From contig CAVVEU010000005.1 in the NCBI GenBank assembly GCA_963747235.1, positions 1 through 64,000 on the forward strand: a DNA stretch of 64,000 nucleotides, in the 5' to 3' direction. The notes below the pieces were generated by a model. It worked only from the letters and a program-made list of their open reading frames with translations, ran no database searches and was not told the DNA's origin. Both the position numbers and the translations under genes were made by a program. Of the stretch, positions 20,668 to 31,913 are shown piece after piece; the first letter of the stretch is position 1, and each line of letters opens with the position of its first letter. Origin of the DNA: an uncultured Candidatus Rokubacteria bacterium (GTDB lineage Bacteria > Methylomirabilota > Methylomirabilia > Rokubacteriales > CSP1-6).

Positions 20668-21621
20668 GTGAAGAACGTGCTCTCGCTGCTATCGCTCGCG
20701 CTGGGCGCGCTGCTCGCGCTGGCCACCTCGGCGCAGGCTCAGACCGCCGAGACCGCGGCGGTCATCACCGAGATCAAGCCCGCGAAGGGCCGCGTGGAGG
20801 TGAAGCCGGCGGCGGGCGGCGACTGGCGGCCGGCGCGGCCGCTGCTCGCGCTGCGCGCGGGCGACATCGTGCGGACCACCGAGGACGCGAGCGCGGTGGT
20901 GCTGCTCTCGGGCGGGCGCGGGACCATGCGGGTCGCGGGCGCCGCCGGGACGCTCACGGTGCCCGCGGTGTCCGCGGCCGGACAGGGCCAGAAGGCCAAG
21001 ACCCTGGTCGAGGCGAGCCTGGGCTTCCTGGCCGGCACCACGAAGGAATCGTCGCAGGCCGTGCTCGCCACCCGCAGCGTGGCGCGCCCACCCGTGATCC
21101 TGAGCCCGCGCAACGGCCCCGTCCTGCCGGAGGCGCTGGCCTTCGAATGGCTCGGCAGCCGCTTCGCGCGCTACTCGGTGCGGCTGGTCGGCCCGAACGG
21201 CCCGGTGGTCGAGCGGCGCGAGGTCACCGGCCCGCGCTGGGAGTATCCCGCCGACGCGCCCGCGCTCGCCCCGGGCGCGCGCTACACGCTGCAGGTCACC
21301 GCCGGGGGCCAGCCCACGCAGGAGGCGTGGTTCGAGGTGGTGGACGCCGCGCGGGCCCGCGCGGTGGCGGGCGATCTCACCGCGCTCGAGCAGGAGCTGG
21401 GGACGGGGGTGCCGCCGACCTCGAAGGCGGTGATGCGGGCGGGGCTCCTGGCGCGCGAGGGGCTCCTGCACGACGCGCGGCGGGTGGTGGTCGCCGCGCT
21501 CGACGCCGATCGCGACGAGCCGACGCTCCACCTGCTGCTGGGCGATCTCTACACCCGCACCGGCCTCGCCAACCTCGCCGCCGAATCCTTCGACGAGGCC
21601 CAGTTCCTGCTGAAGAAGTAA
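20668..21621 (+). CDS. Exported protein: FecR-like N-terminus, Ig/DUF928-like middle, TPR C-terminus
   Basis: Signal peptide; GRVEV..W..A..L..GDIVRT FecR-like pattern; LSPRNG..FEW..Y.V.L..LAPGARY Ig-like strands; HLLLGDLY TPR helix. Confidence 0.6.
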   Translation: MKNVLSLLSLALGALLALATSAQAQTAETAAVITEIKPAKGRVEVKPAAGGDWRPARPLLALRAGDIVRTTEDASAVVLLSGGRGTMRVAGAAGTLTVPAVSAAGQGQKAKTLVEASLGFLAGTTKESSQAVLATRSVARPPVILSPRNGPVLPEALAFEWLGSRFARYSVRLVGPNGPVVERREVTGPRWEYPADAPALAPGARYTLQVTAGGQPTQEAWFEVVDAARARAVAGDLTALEQELGTGVPPTSKAVMRAGLLAREGLLHDARRVVVAALDADRDEPTLHLLLGDLYTRTGLANLAAESFDEAQFLLKK

Positions 21622-22227
21622 CTACTGCGCTTCCGCGACCTGGCCCTTCTCGCGCAGGCGGCGCAGCAGGTTCGCGAAGGACTCCGCCTTGATGATGCGG
21701 TCGAACTGGCTCCGGTAGGTGCCCACCAGGCTCACGTTCTCGATCAGCACGTCGTAGGCGGTCCACTCGTCGTTCACGCGGTGCAGCCGGTACTCGACGG
21801 GAATCTGCGAGCCCTTGGCGGTGACCACCCGCGACCGCACGGAGGCTTCCTCGCCGTCCACGCGCTCGCCCACGTAGGCGATGGACTCGCCCGCGTAGCG
21901 GTCGATCTTGCCGATGTACGTCCGCGCGATCAGGTCGGTGAAGAGGCGCGTGAACTCCTCGCGCTCGGCGGGCGTGCGGTCCGTCCAGTGACGGCCCAGC
22001 GCCCGGCGCGACATGTCGGGGAAATCGAACAGCGTGTCGGCCGCCCGGCGGATGTCCGCGCGCCGCCGCTCGGAGGCCTCGGCGGTCGGGTTGGCGGTCT
22101 GGGAGAGGCTCTGCAGCGCTTCGTCCACTCGCGACTTCACGGTCTCGGTCGGCGTCAGGGCGGCCGCGACGGTCGCGGTCAGGCCCAGGAGCAGCGCGGC
22201 CGTCATGGTCATCAGGGTGCGTCGCAT
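21622..22227 (-). CDS. mlaC: MlaC/Ttg2D phospholipid-binding protein
   Basis: FDFPDMSRRALGRHW, YDVLIENVSLVGTYRSQF; signal peptide. Confidence 0.85.
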   Translation of the reverse strand: MRRTLMTMTAALLLGLTATVAAALTPTETVKSRVDEALQSLSQTANPTAEASERRRADIRRAADTLFDFPDMSRRALGRHWTDRTPAEREEFTRLFTDLIARTYIGKIDRYAGESIAYVGERVDGEEASVRSRVVTAKGSQIPVEYRLHRVNDEWTAYDVLIENVSLVGTYRSQFDRIIKAESFANLLRRLREKGQVAEAQ

Positions 22228-22354
22228 GTTGCCTCCAGGTTCGAGAGAGTCACCGCCACTGCCTGATAGGACGGGCGGTGGACGCGGGTATTCCCACCTT
22301 AGCCCGCTTTCATTTTTCACGTCCGCCGGAGGGCGCCGGGGGACAATAGCGACC

Positions 22355-23203
22355 ATGAATCGCGCTCTTGCGGCGCCGCCGCGCGGCGGCCGGCCGCTCG
22401 TCGTGGTGGATCTCGGCGGCACCTGGGTGCGCGTGTCCCTCTCGGGCGCCGCGCCGCGCGCCTATCGGGGGCCGACGCCGGGCGTGGCGGGCCTGCCCGC
22501 GCTGCTCGCGCGCCTCTGGCGGCGCTGGCGTCTGTCACGCGGCGACCTGGCCGCGCTCGGCGTGGCCTCGCGCGGGATCTGGACGCGCGGCGAGCGCCAG
22601 GCCCTGGCGCGGCGCCTGCGCCGCTTCGCCCCGCGCGTGGTCGTGATCTCGGACGTGGAGGCCGCCTACCTCGCCGCGCTCGGCGCGGTCCCCGGCGTGC
22701 TGCTGCTCGCGGGCACCGGGTCGATCGCGCTCGGGCGCGACCGGCGCGGGCGCTTCGCGCGCGCCGGCGGCCTCGGCCCGCTGCTGGGCGACGACGGCTC
22801 CGCGTTCTCGATCGGCCGCGCCTGGCTGCGCGACGCGGTCGCGCCGGCGCGCGCGCGGCGCATCGCGACGTCGCCCGACGCGGTCGCGCGCGTGGCCGCG
22901 CTCGCGCCCGGCGTCCTGCGCCGCGCCCGCCGGGGAGACCGGACCGCCCGGCGCGTCGTGCGGGACGCGCAGGAGGCGCTCGCGGCCCTCGCGGCGCACA
23001 CCGCGCGCGCGCTGGGGCTGCGCCCGCCGATCACGCTGAGCTGGGCCGGCGGCCTGCTGGGCAACGCGGCGTTTCGCGCCGGCGTGTGGCGCCACGCGCG
23101 TGGCCGGGGCCTCCGCGTCCGCCCGGTGCGCCCGAAGGCGCCCGCCGCGAGCCCGGCCGCCTGGCGCGCGATCTTTCCCGCGGCCAGCTCGTCGCGCGAC
23201 TAG
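22355..23203 (+). CDS. BadF/BadG/BcrA/BcrD ATPase family sugar (GlcNAc/MurNAc) kinase
   Basis: VDLGGT, ISDVEAA, LLAGTGSIA, RAGGLGPLLGDDGSAF. Confidence 0.8.
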   Translation: MNRALAAPPRGGRPLVVVDLGGTWVRVSLSGAAPRAYRGPTPGVAGLPALLARLWRRWRLSRGDLAALGVASRGIWTRGERQALARRLRRFAPRVVVISDVEAAYLAALGAVPGVLLLAGTGSIALGRDRRGRFARAGGLGPLLGDDGSAFSIGRAWLRDAVAPARARRIATSPDAVARVAALAPGVLRRARRGDRTARRVVRDAQEALAALAAHTARALGLRPPITLSWAGGLLGNAAFRAGVWRHARGRGLRVRPVRPKAPAASPAAWRAIFPAASSSRD

Positions 23204-24487
23204 GCGGCGCCCGCCAGAGCCGGTAGGCGAGCGGGCCGGTCAGGGCCGCGGCGACGCCGACCGCGGTGTTCGTCCATCCGGCGGTCGCCATCGCGAGCAG
23301 GCAGCAGAGCGACGGCAGCAACACCACCAGCCACATCCCGACCGGCCGCCGCCCACGCGCCACGGCCGCGGCAGCCCCGGCTCGCGGAGACGGAGGGCCA
23401 CGAAGGCGGCCAGCTCCAGGACGAGCGTGATCGAGTACAGCCAGATGTTGAGCACGATCAGCTCCTTGAAGCTCCAGACCGCGCAGAGGCTGTAGGCGAC
23501 GCTCGACAGCATCACCGCGCCCCACGGCGTGCCGAACCGCGGGTGGAGCCGCCCGAGCGCGGCCGGCATCTGGCCGGCCACCGCCAGCGCGTAGGGCAGC
23601 CGCGAGTTGGTCAGGAGCAGCGACAGGAAGAGTCCCGCGGTGGCGATCACCGCGCCGCCCGCCACCAGGTTGGCGAGCCACGGCCCGCCGAGCGCCTCGG
23701 CGACCACCGGCCAGTGGCCCGTCTCCCAGTCCTCCCAGCCCTCGACCGCCGAGAGGCTCGCCGCCACCGGCAGCACGTAGGCGAGCGTGATCAGGGGCAG
23801 CGCGACCCACACCGCGCGGCGGAAGCTCGGGCCGGGGTTCCGCGTCTCGCCGAGCGTGGTGGTGGGCGCGTCCCAGCCCGAGTAGTTCCACATCATGATC
23901 GCGAGCCCCAGGCCGAGCCCGGTGAGGAGGCTCCCTTCGTCCGCGGCGAACGGGCGCCACGGCACCTCGCGGAGCTGCGTGCCCGCGACCGCGGTGAGCG
24001 CGACCACCGGCAGGAGCGACACGCCGGCCATCGCCACCGCGACCCAGCCGGTGATGCGCACCCCGGCCAGGTTGATGGCGGTGAGGATCCAGATGAAGGC
24101 CAGCACCAGCGCCCAGCGCTCGAGCGTGGACATGTCCGGGCGCCAGAAGCCGACGTAGTCCACGAAGAGCGCGGGATAGACCGCCACGTCCACGAAGCTG
24201 TTGATCCAGCTCCACCAGCCGACCTGGAAGCCCCAGAAGCGGCCGAAGGCGCGCTGCACCCACACCACGTAGCCGCCTTCTTCCGGGAGCGCGGCGGCGA
24301 GCTCCGCCATCGCGAGCGAGACGGGCAGGCTCCAGACCAGCGGGGTGACGAGCAGGAGGACCAGCGCGAGGCCCGGGCCGAGGGTGCCGACGGCGTCCTC
24401 GAGCCCGTAGGGCCCGCCGCTGACGTTGAAGAAGAGGATGGCGACGAGGGAGAGGAGCCCGATCTCCCCTCGTCGGCGGGAGCTCAC
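23200..24487 (-). CDS. APC family amino acid/polyamine permease, 3' frameshift(s)
   Basis: FFNVSGGPYGLE, PEEGGYVVWV, WNYSGWD, SRLPYALA; end approximate. Confidence 0.85.
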
Positions 24488-24702
24488 GCCATGGCGGCCC
24501 GGATCAGCGCGGGCAATCCCTCGAGCCACTCGTCGAACGGCGTCTCCGCATCCACCGTGATCTCGAACTTGCCGCTCGGCAGCTTGCGCACGCGGCCCTT
24601 GCCGGTGCCGAGCGGGATCACGAGCGCTTCACGGTGCACCCCGAGGGCGTCGGTGACCGCGAAGATCTTGTTGATCTCGGCCATGCCCACCGCCTCGAGC
24701 AT
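24484..24702 (-). CDS. Small hypothetical protein (72 aa)
   Basis: MLEAVGMAEINKIFAVTDALG...; coupled by start/stop overlaps to both neighbours. Confidence 0.65.
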   Translation of the reverse strand: MLEAVGMAEINKIFAVTDALGVHREALVIPLGTGKGRVRKLPSGKFEITVDAETPFDEWLEGLPALIRAAMA

Positions 24703-25061
24703 CAGGGGGCGCCGCGCGGCTCGATCGCGGGGCGCTCGCCGCCGGGCACCACCACCGGGTTGCGCCCATCGGGCGTGGTGGTGACGAGCGGCGGAACCTC
24801 GACGCGCTGGCCGTTGACGTCGCGCTCGTAGTGGCCGGGGACGAGCACCTCGCGCCCCTGGGCGGGCGAGTACACGCGGGCCGGCGGCACGTAGCGCTCG
24901 GCGGGCCGATCGGGCGCGGGCAGCGTGCCGAAGGGCTGGGTGGCGAGGCCGCGCGCCCGATCGATGGCGTCGGGCGGGCGGCCGCCGGGCAGACCCTGCG
25001 CGGCGGCGGGCCCCGCCGCCAGCAGCAGGCTCACGATCACGATCGCGCGCAGCGCTCTCAT
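24702..25061 (-). CDS. Secreted proline-rich hypothetical protein
   Basis: Signal peptide MRALRAIVIVSLLLAAGPAAA; VPGHYER motif. Confidence 0.65.
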   Translation of the reverse strand: MRALRAIVIVSLLLAAGPAAAQGLPGGRPPDAIDRARGLATQPFGTLPAPDRPAERYVPPARVYSPAQGREVLVPGHYERDVNGQRVEVPPLVTTTPDGRNPVVVPGGERPAIEPRGAP

Positions 25062-25128
25062 CACGTCGCCCAGCGTAGCGCCGGCAATGCGGATGCGCAA
25101 GGCGAGGCGACCATGCTAGGCTCCAGCC

Positions 25129-25972
25129 GTGCGGTTGGCACATCGCGACGCGCCTGCTTCCCCTGCTCGCGGTGGCGCTCGTCGCCCTCGGGGCGGAGGC
25201 CACGCGCGCCCAGAGCCCGGACCTGCCGATCTTCGACACGCACATCCACTACAGCGCGCCCGACTGGATCGAGTATCCGCCCGAGCGCATCCTGGGCATT
25301 CTCGACAAGGCGGGGATCAAGCGCGCGCTCGTGTCCAGCACGCCGGACGACGGCACGCTCACGCTCCACGCGCGGGATCCCAAGCGCATCGTGCCGATCC
25401 TGCGGCCGTACCGCACCCGCGGCGACATGGGCCACTGGTGGCAGGACGCGGCGGTGCTCGCCTACGTGCAGGAGCGCCTGCAGAAGCACCGCGGCGTGCA
25501 CAAGGGCATCGGCGAGTTCCACCTCTTCGGCGGCCAGACCGGCACCTTCGTGGTCAAGCGCATCACCGAGCTCGCGGTGCAGGAGAACATCTATCTCCAC
25601 GCCCACTCGGACGAGCTCGCGATCATCGAGCTGTTCACGATCGAGCCGCGCCTGCGGGTCATCTGGGCGCACGCGGGCATGTCCGCGGGCCCGCAGGCGG
25701 TGGGCGCCCTGCTCGACCGCTACCCGAACCTCTGGGTGGATCTGGCCATCCGCAACAGCGACGTGGCCCCGGGCGGCACGCTCGACCCGGGCTGGCGCGC
25801 GGTGTTCCTCCGCCATCCCGATCGCTTCCTCGCCGGGACCGATACCTGGATGACGTCGCGCTGGGAAGCGCTGCCGGGCTCGGTGACGGAGGTGCGGAGC
25901 TACCTGAGCCAGCTCCCGCGCGACGTGGCCGAGAAGATCGCCTTCAAGAACGCCGAGCGGCTCTTTCCGTAG
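25129..25972 (+). CDS. Exported amidohydrolase family (TIM-barrel) protein
   Basis: DTHIHY, GIGEFH, HAH, WAHAG, GTD; signal peptide; 5' indel before 25172. Confidence 0.8.
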
Positions 25973-25978
25973 CGCGTC

Positions 25979-27006
25979 CTACGACGCCGAGCTCTGCCGG
26001 CCGTCGTCTCGATCTGGCTCCAGGTCTGATCCTCGATGGGAATCCCTTCGCGGCGGCGCTGCGCCTCGAGCCGCGCCTCCGGCTCGCCGGGGATCAGGAT
26101 CTCGGTGGCGCCCAGCGCGAGCGGCGCCGACTTCACCCATCCGAAGAGCGAGGCCACCTGGCGGTGGAACTCGGGCAGCGGCAGGAAGCGCTCCACGTCG
26201 AGACAGATCATGAGCGTGCCGTTGGCGAAGACGCCCGGCGGGGGCCCCGCGGGGCCGGTGCCGGAGAGGATGCCGCCCAGGATCTCCACCGCGAGCGAGA
26301 GCCCGTAGCCCTTGTGCTCGCCCGAGGTGAGCAGCGCGCCGGGCGGCGTGCCGTAGAAGATCTCGGGATCCGTCTGCGGCCGGCCCTCTGCGTCCACGAA
26401 CCAGCCGGGCGGGGCGGGCTGCTTGCGGTTGCGCTTCACGCGCAGCTTCCCCTCGGCCACCACGCTGGTGGCGAAGTCGAGCACCATCGCGGGCCCGCCC
26501 GCGCCCGGGATGCCGACCGCGTGCGGGTTCGTGCCGAGGCGTCGCGCGGCGCCGCCCCACGGCGCGACGTTGAGCCCGTGCACGCAGTTGGCCCAGAGCA
26601 TGCCGACGAGCCCGGCGTTGGCCGCCATCTCCGCGTAGTCCGCGAGCCGCCCCACGTGGCTGGTGCGCGAGGTGGACGCGGCGCTCAGGCCGCCCGCCTT
26701 CGCCTTGGCGATCGCCATCTCCATCGCGCGGCGGCCCACCACCTGGCCGAAGCCGCCGCCGCCGTCGAGCCGCGCCAGCGCGGGCGTCTCCGCGATGACC
26801 GTCACGGGTGACCGGGGATCCACCTCCTTCTTCTTCACCGACTCCCAGTACTGCGGGATGCGGATGACGCCGTGCGAGTCGTGGCCGCGCAGGTTCGCGC
26901 GCACGAGCAGCGCGGCGATCCACGCCGCGTCGCCGGCCGGCGCGCCCATCGCGGTGAAGATGCGGGTGGCCTTCGCTTCGAGCTGGGCGGGGTCGATGGT
27001 CGGCAT
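25979..27006 (-). CDS. Ldh_2 family (malate/lactate/sulfolactate) oxidoreductase
   Basis: GHDSHGVIRIPQY, HVGRLADY, LGTNP, LDFATS, EHKGYGL, IPGEPE; 3' end uncertain due to indel. Confidence 0.85.
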
Positions 27007-27027
27007 GTCGGCTACAATACCCCAGCG
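27007..27027. promoter_or_regulatory. Putative bidirectional promoter with overlapping -10 boxes, leaderless starts
   Basis: Only 21 bp between divergent ATGs; TACAAT (+, 27013-27018) overlaps TATTGT (-, 27014-27019). Confidence 0.5.
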
Positions 27028-27369
27028 ATGGAACCCACGAAAGCCGAGCGCGAGTTCTTCGATCCGGCGCCCCTGCCGTGGCGGCCCGCGCCCGGATTCC
27101 CCGCCGGCGTCTGGGAGCAGGTCGTCAGCGGCGGGGCCGACGAGGGCGTGACCACGCGGCTGCTCCGCTTCGATCCCGGCTCCGGGAACGACCGCGTCGT
27201 GACCCACGATTTCTGGGAGGAGATCTACATCATCTCGGGCACGCTCGAGTGCGGCGGCCGCCCCTACCCGGCGGGCTCGGTCGCGGTGCGGCCGCCCGGC
27301 ATGCCGCACGGGCCGTTCCACTCCGCGGCGGGGTGCGTGAGCTTCGAGGTCCGCTACCGGGCCCGCTGA
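27028..27369 (+). CDS. ChrR-like cupin domain protein
   Basis: HDFWEEIYIISG..RPPGMPHGPF cupin motifs. Confidence 0.8.
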   Translation: MEPTKAEREFFDPAPLPWRPAPGFPAGVWEQVVSGGADEGVTTRLLRFDPGSGNDRVVTHDFWEEIYIISGTLECGGRPYPAGSVAVRPPGMPHGPFHSAAGCVSFEVRYRAR

Positions 27370-28349
27370 TGGCGGCCACGCCGGCCTGGCGCTCGCCCGA
27401 TCTCCCCATCCGGGTCGGCATCTCCTCCTGCCTGCTGGGCGAAGAAGTCCGCTACGACGGCGGCCACCAGAAGGACGCCTACATCACCGGCGTGCTCGCG
27501 CGCTACTTCACGTGGGTGCCGGTCTGCCCCGAGATGGAGGTCGGCATGGGCGTGCCGCGCGAGCCGATCCGGCTCGTGGGCGACGCGAGCCGCGCCGCGC
27601 CTGCTCGGGATCACGAGCGGGACCGATCACACGGAGCGCATGAACGAGTTCGCGCGGCGGCGCGTGGACGAGCTGCGGCGCCGCGAGCTCAGCGGCTACA
27701 TCCTGAAGCGCGCGTCGCCCTCCTGCGGCCTCGAGCGGGTGAAGGTCTACGCGGGCGAGGGGCCCGCCCGCGCGCACCGGCACCGGGCTCTTCGCGCGCG
27801 CGCTCACCGACGCCCTGCCGCTCCTGCCGGTGGAGGAGGAGGGCCGGCTCAACGACGCGCACCTGCGCGACAACTTCATCACCCGCGTCTTCGCCTATCG
27901 CCGCTTCGCCGCGCTGCGGGAGTCCGAGCCGCGCCCGGCCGCGGTGGTGGAGTTCCACACCGCGCACAAGTACCTGCTGCTCGCGCACAGCCCCGCCGCC
28001 TACGCGCGGCTGGGCCGCCTGGTCGCGGAGGTCTCGCGCGCCCCCGCGCGCGCGATGGCTCGACGCCTACGGCGAAGGCTTCATGGAGGCGCTCGCGGCG
28101 CGGGCGACGATCAAGAAGCACGTCAACGTCCTGCAGCACATCATGGGCTTCTTCAAGAACCAGCTCGCGGCCGCCGAGAAGCGGGAGCTGCTCGGGGTCA
28201 TCGGCGACTACGCCGCCGGGCTCGTGCCCCTGGTGGTGCCGATCACGCTGATCAACCACTACGTCGCCCGCTTCGACGTGACCTATGTCCGCGACCAGAT
28301 CTATCTGAAGCCGCATCCGAAGGAGCTGATGCTCCGCAACCACGTCTGA
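27369..28349 (+). CDS. DUF523 (TudS)-DUF1722 fusion, YbgA/RudS family; frameshifts
   Basis: SSCLLG..VRYDGG, CPEME, SPSCG, EEEGRL, FHTAHKYLLLAH, YLKPHPKELMLRNHV. Confidence 0.85.
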   Translation: MAATPAWRSPDLPIRVGISSCLLGEEVRYDGGHQKDAYITGVLARYFTWVPVCPEMEVGMGVPREPIRLVGDASRAAPARDHERDRSHGAHERVRAAARGRAAAPRAQRLHPEARVALLRPRAGEGLRGRGARPRAPAPGSSRARSPTPCRSCRWRRRAGSTTRTCATTSSPASSPIAASPRCGSPSRARPRWWSSTPRTSTCCSRTAPPPTRGWAAWSRRSRAPPRARWLDAYGEGFMEALAARATIKKHVNVLQHIMGFFKNQLAAAEKRELLGVIGDYAAGLVPLVVPITLINHYVARFDVTYVRDQIYLKPHPKELMLRNHV

Positions 28350-28404
28350 TCCGCGGCCCGGGAAGGGTTGTGGCGACCCGGCTCCCGCCGTATTCTGGAC
28401 GGGC

Positions 28405-31400
28405 GTGACCATGACGCGATCACGGCGGAGCTTCGCGGGGTCCGGCGAGGGCATCCCCTGGATCCACGTCGGCGTGTTCCTCGCCGGCACGATCCTGGTC
28501 GTGCTGTTCACCGCGCACCAGATCGCCACCGAGCGCGAGACCGCCCTCACCCACTGGAAGAGCCGCCTCGCCACCATCGCGGCCGACCGGACCCGTCTCG
28601 TGTCGAGCTGGCTCGCGGCCCGACGCGCCGACGCGGAGGTGCTGGCCGCCTTCCCGGCGGTGCGCGCGCAGCTCGCCGGCCAGGGCCGGGACGACGAGGC
28701 GCTCGCGCGGCACCTGAGCCGCGTCGCCGCCGCCTACGGCTACGTGGGCATCGTGGTCTCGGACGCCGCCGGCCGCGCGGCGGCCCGCTCCGCGTCCGAC
28801 CCCGGGCTCGCGGCCGGGCTGCTGGAGCAGGCCGCGGAGCACGCCGCGCGGGTGGCGAAGAGCCGGAAGCCGCGCTTCGAGCTCGGCGGCGAGGGCGCGG
28901 GCCGGCTGCTCGTGGTCACGGTGCCCGTCTTCTCCGACGGCGCGCCCGCCGGCCTCGACGGCGACACCCGGCCGCTGCTGGGCGTGGTCACGCTCGGGGC
29001 CAAGCCGGAAGCCGGGCTCTACCCGCTCCTCGCCGACGACGCGGAGCCGACGCACACCAGCGAGACGCTCCTGGTGGACCTCGAGGCCGAGCCGCCCGCC
29101 TTTCTCTCCCCGCTGCGCCAGCCCATCGCGCCCGATGCCGAGATGCCGAAGCGCTCGCTCGGCGGCCTGGGCGTGATCGCCCGGGCCGGCGCGCAGGGCC
29201 ACGAGGCGGTCGGCGAGACGGTGGACTATCGCGGCGTGCCGGTGCTGGCCGCGGTGCGCCGGGTCGCGCCCACCGGCTGGTCGCTCGTGCTCAAGGTGGA
29301 CCGCGACGAGGCGCTCGCCGAGTTCCAGCGCTCGGGGCGGCTGGCCGGCGCGGCCGCCGCGTTCCTGTTGCTGGCCCTGGCCGGCTTCCTCATCGCGCTC
29401 CACCGCGAGCAGCAGCGCGCGCGGCTGCTCCAGGAGCAGATGCGGCAGGCCCGCGCGATGACGAGTCTCCAGAGCTACGCGGACAAGATCGTGGCGAGCG
29501 TGCCCGCCGGCCTGCTGCTGCTCTCCGAGGACCTGCACGTGCTCTCGGCCAATCGCGCCTTCCTCGAGTCCTTCCGGCTCCGCGAGGAGGACGTGCTGGG
29601 ACGCGATCTCCAGCAGCTCGTGCGGGCGGAGCGGCTCCTGCGCGGCGCCCGCGAGGTGCTCGCCACCGGCGCGACCCAGCAGGCCGGCCTCTACGAGCTC
29701 TACGTGTACGCGCGCCGCGATACCAAGCCCGCGCGCATCACCATGAGCGCCATCCACCTGGCCGACGACGAGCCGCCGCGCCTGCTCCTGATCGTCGAGG
29801 ACCTCACCGAGGAGGAGCGGCTGCAGGCGGCCCACCAGGAGTCGGAGCAGCGCTACCGCGACCTCATCCAGGGCCTCGACGCCATCGTGTGGGAGGCCGA
29901 CGCGCGCACCCTCACGTTCTCCTTCGTCAGCCGTCGCGCCGAGACCGTGCTCGGCTACCCGGTGGAGCGCTGGCTGCGCGAGCCCGACTTCTGGGCCCGC
30001 CGCATCCACCCGGAGGATCGCGACACGGTGATGCAGACCTATCGCACCGCGCTCGCGGAGAACCGCGACCACGAGTTCGAGTACCGGGCGGTCGCGGCGG
30101 ACGGCCGCGAGGTGTGGCTGCGCGACATCGTCCACGTGGTGCGCGACGCCGAGGGCCGGCCCATCACCCTGCGCGGCCTCACGGTGGACCTCACCGAGCT
30201 GAAGCGGTCGGAGCGCGCGCTGCACACGAGCGAGGAGCAGCTCCGGCAGGCGCAGAAGATGGACGCGGTGGGCAAGCTGGCGGGCGGCATCGCGCACGAC
30301 TTCAACAACCTGCTCATGGTCATCCGCGGCGACAGCGACCTCATGCTGCGCCGGCTGGCGCCCGGCCACTCCCTGCGCCGCAACGCGGAGGGCATCCGCG
30401 ACGCGGCCGATCAGGCGGCCACCCTCACCCGCCAGCTCCTCGCCTTCAGCCGCAAGCAGGTGATGGCCCCGCGTCTCGTGGATCTCAACGGCATCGTGGC
30501 CAGCATCCACGCCATGCTCCAGCGGCTCCTCGGCGAGACGATCAATCTCGTCACGGTGACCGCGCCGGACCTGGGCGGGGTGAAGGCCGATCCGGGCCAG
30601 ATGGAGCAGATGATCCTGAACCTCTGCGTGAACGCGCGCGACGCCATGCCCGACGGCGGCCGGCTCACCGTGCGGACCGCCAACGTGGACCTGGACGAGG
30701 CGGCCGCCGCGCGCCTGAGCGACGCGCGGCCCGGCCCCTACGTCCTGCTCGAGGTCGGCGACACCGGCGTCGGCATGGACGCGGAGACGCGCTCGCACCT
30801 GTTCGAGCCGTTCTTCACCACCAAGGAGCAGGGCAAGGGCACCGGGCTCGGGCTCTCGACCGTGTACGGCACCGTGAAGCAGAGCGGCGGCCACATCTCG
30901 GTGGAGAGCGAGCCGGGGCGCGGCTCCACGTTCACCGTCTACCTCCCGCGCGTGGCCGCCCCGGTCGCGCCGCCGGACCGGCCCGCCGCGGACGCCCCGG
31001 CGCCGCGGCCCGGCGGCTCCCCCGAGGCCGATCCTCACCCCGGGCCACGGCGAGACCATCCTGCTGGTGGAGGACGCCCAGCGGGTGCGGGCGGTGGTGC
31101 GGGAGATCCTCGAGATGAGCGGCTACGTCGTGCTCGAGGCGCGGCAGGGGGCCGAGGCCCTCGAGATCAGCAACCGGCACGCGGGCACCATCCACCTGCT
31201 GGTCACCGACGTGGTGATGCCGCAGATGAGCGGGCGCGAGCTGGCGCAGCGCCTGGCGACCTTGCGCCCGGAGCTGAAGGTGCTGTATATGTCCGGCTAC
31301 ACGGATGACGCCATCGTCAGGCACGGCGTGCTGGCCTCGGGTATCGCGTTTCTCTCCAAGCCGTTCACCCCGAACGCGCTCGCGCTCAAGGTGCGCGAGG

Positions 31401-31471
31401 TCATCGACGGCGTGGCCGACGGGGCCGCGGCCGGCCCCTCCGTCGCGCCCGGCGGCCGCACCCGCCGCTAG
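28405..31471 (+). CDS. Hybrid sensor histidine kinase (Cache-like, PAS x2, HisKA/HATPase, REC); frameshift near 31030
   Basis: GGIAHDFNNLL, NARDAM, FFTTKEQGKGTGLGL; REC in ORF 31067..31471. Confidence 0.9.
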
Positions 31472-31498
31472 CCCCGCCGCGCCCCGACCGCTCCCGTC

Positions 31499-31909
31499 AT
31501 GATCGAGCGCCCCATCCGCGTGCTGGTGGCCAAGGTCGGCCTCGACGGGCACGACCGCGGCGCGAAGATCGTGGCGCGCTGCCTGCGCGACGCGGGCATG
31601 GAGGTCGTCTACACCGGGCTGCACCGCACGCCCGAGGAAGTGGTGGCGGCGGCGGTCCAGGAGGACGTGGACGTGCTCGGCATCAGCATCCTCTCCGGCG
31701 CCCACCTCACGCTCTTCCCCCGCGTGCTCGAGCTCATGCGCGGCGCGCGCGCGGAGGACATCCTGCTGGTGGCGGGCGGGGTGATCCCGGACGAGGACGT
31801 GCCCGTGCTGCGCGACATGGGCGTGGCCGAGGTGATCCTGCAGGACACGCCGCCCGACACGATCGTCGCCCGCATCCGCGACCTGGTGGCGGCCCGGCCG
31901 ACCCGCTGA
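31499..31909 (+). CDS. hcmB: Acyl-CoA mutase small (cobalamin-binding) subunit, HcmB-like
   Basis: [12 protein letters not shown]12-binding motif, SILSG, GGVIP; context with hcl and hcmA. Confidence 0.8.
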   Translation: MIERPIRVLVAKVGLDGHDRGAKIVARCLRDAGMEVVYTGLHRTPEEVVAAAVQEDVDVLGISILSGAHLTLFPRVLELMRGARAEDILLVAGGVIPDEDVPVLRDMGVAEVILQDTPPDTIVARIRDLVAARPTR

Positions 31910-31913
31910 TCCC

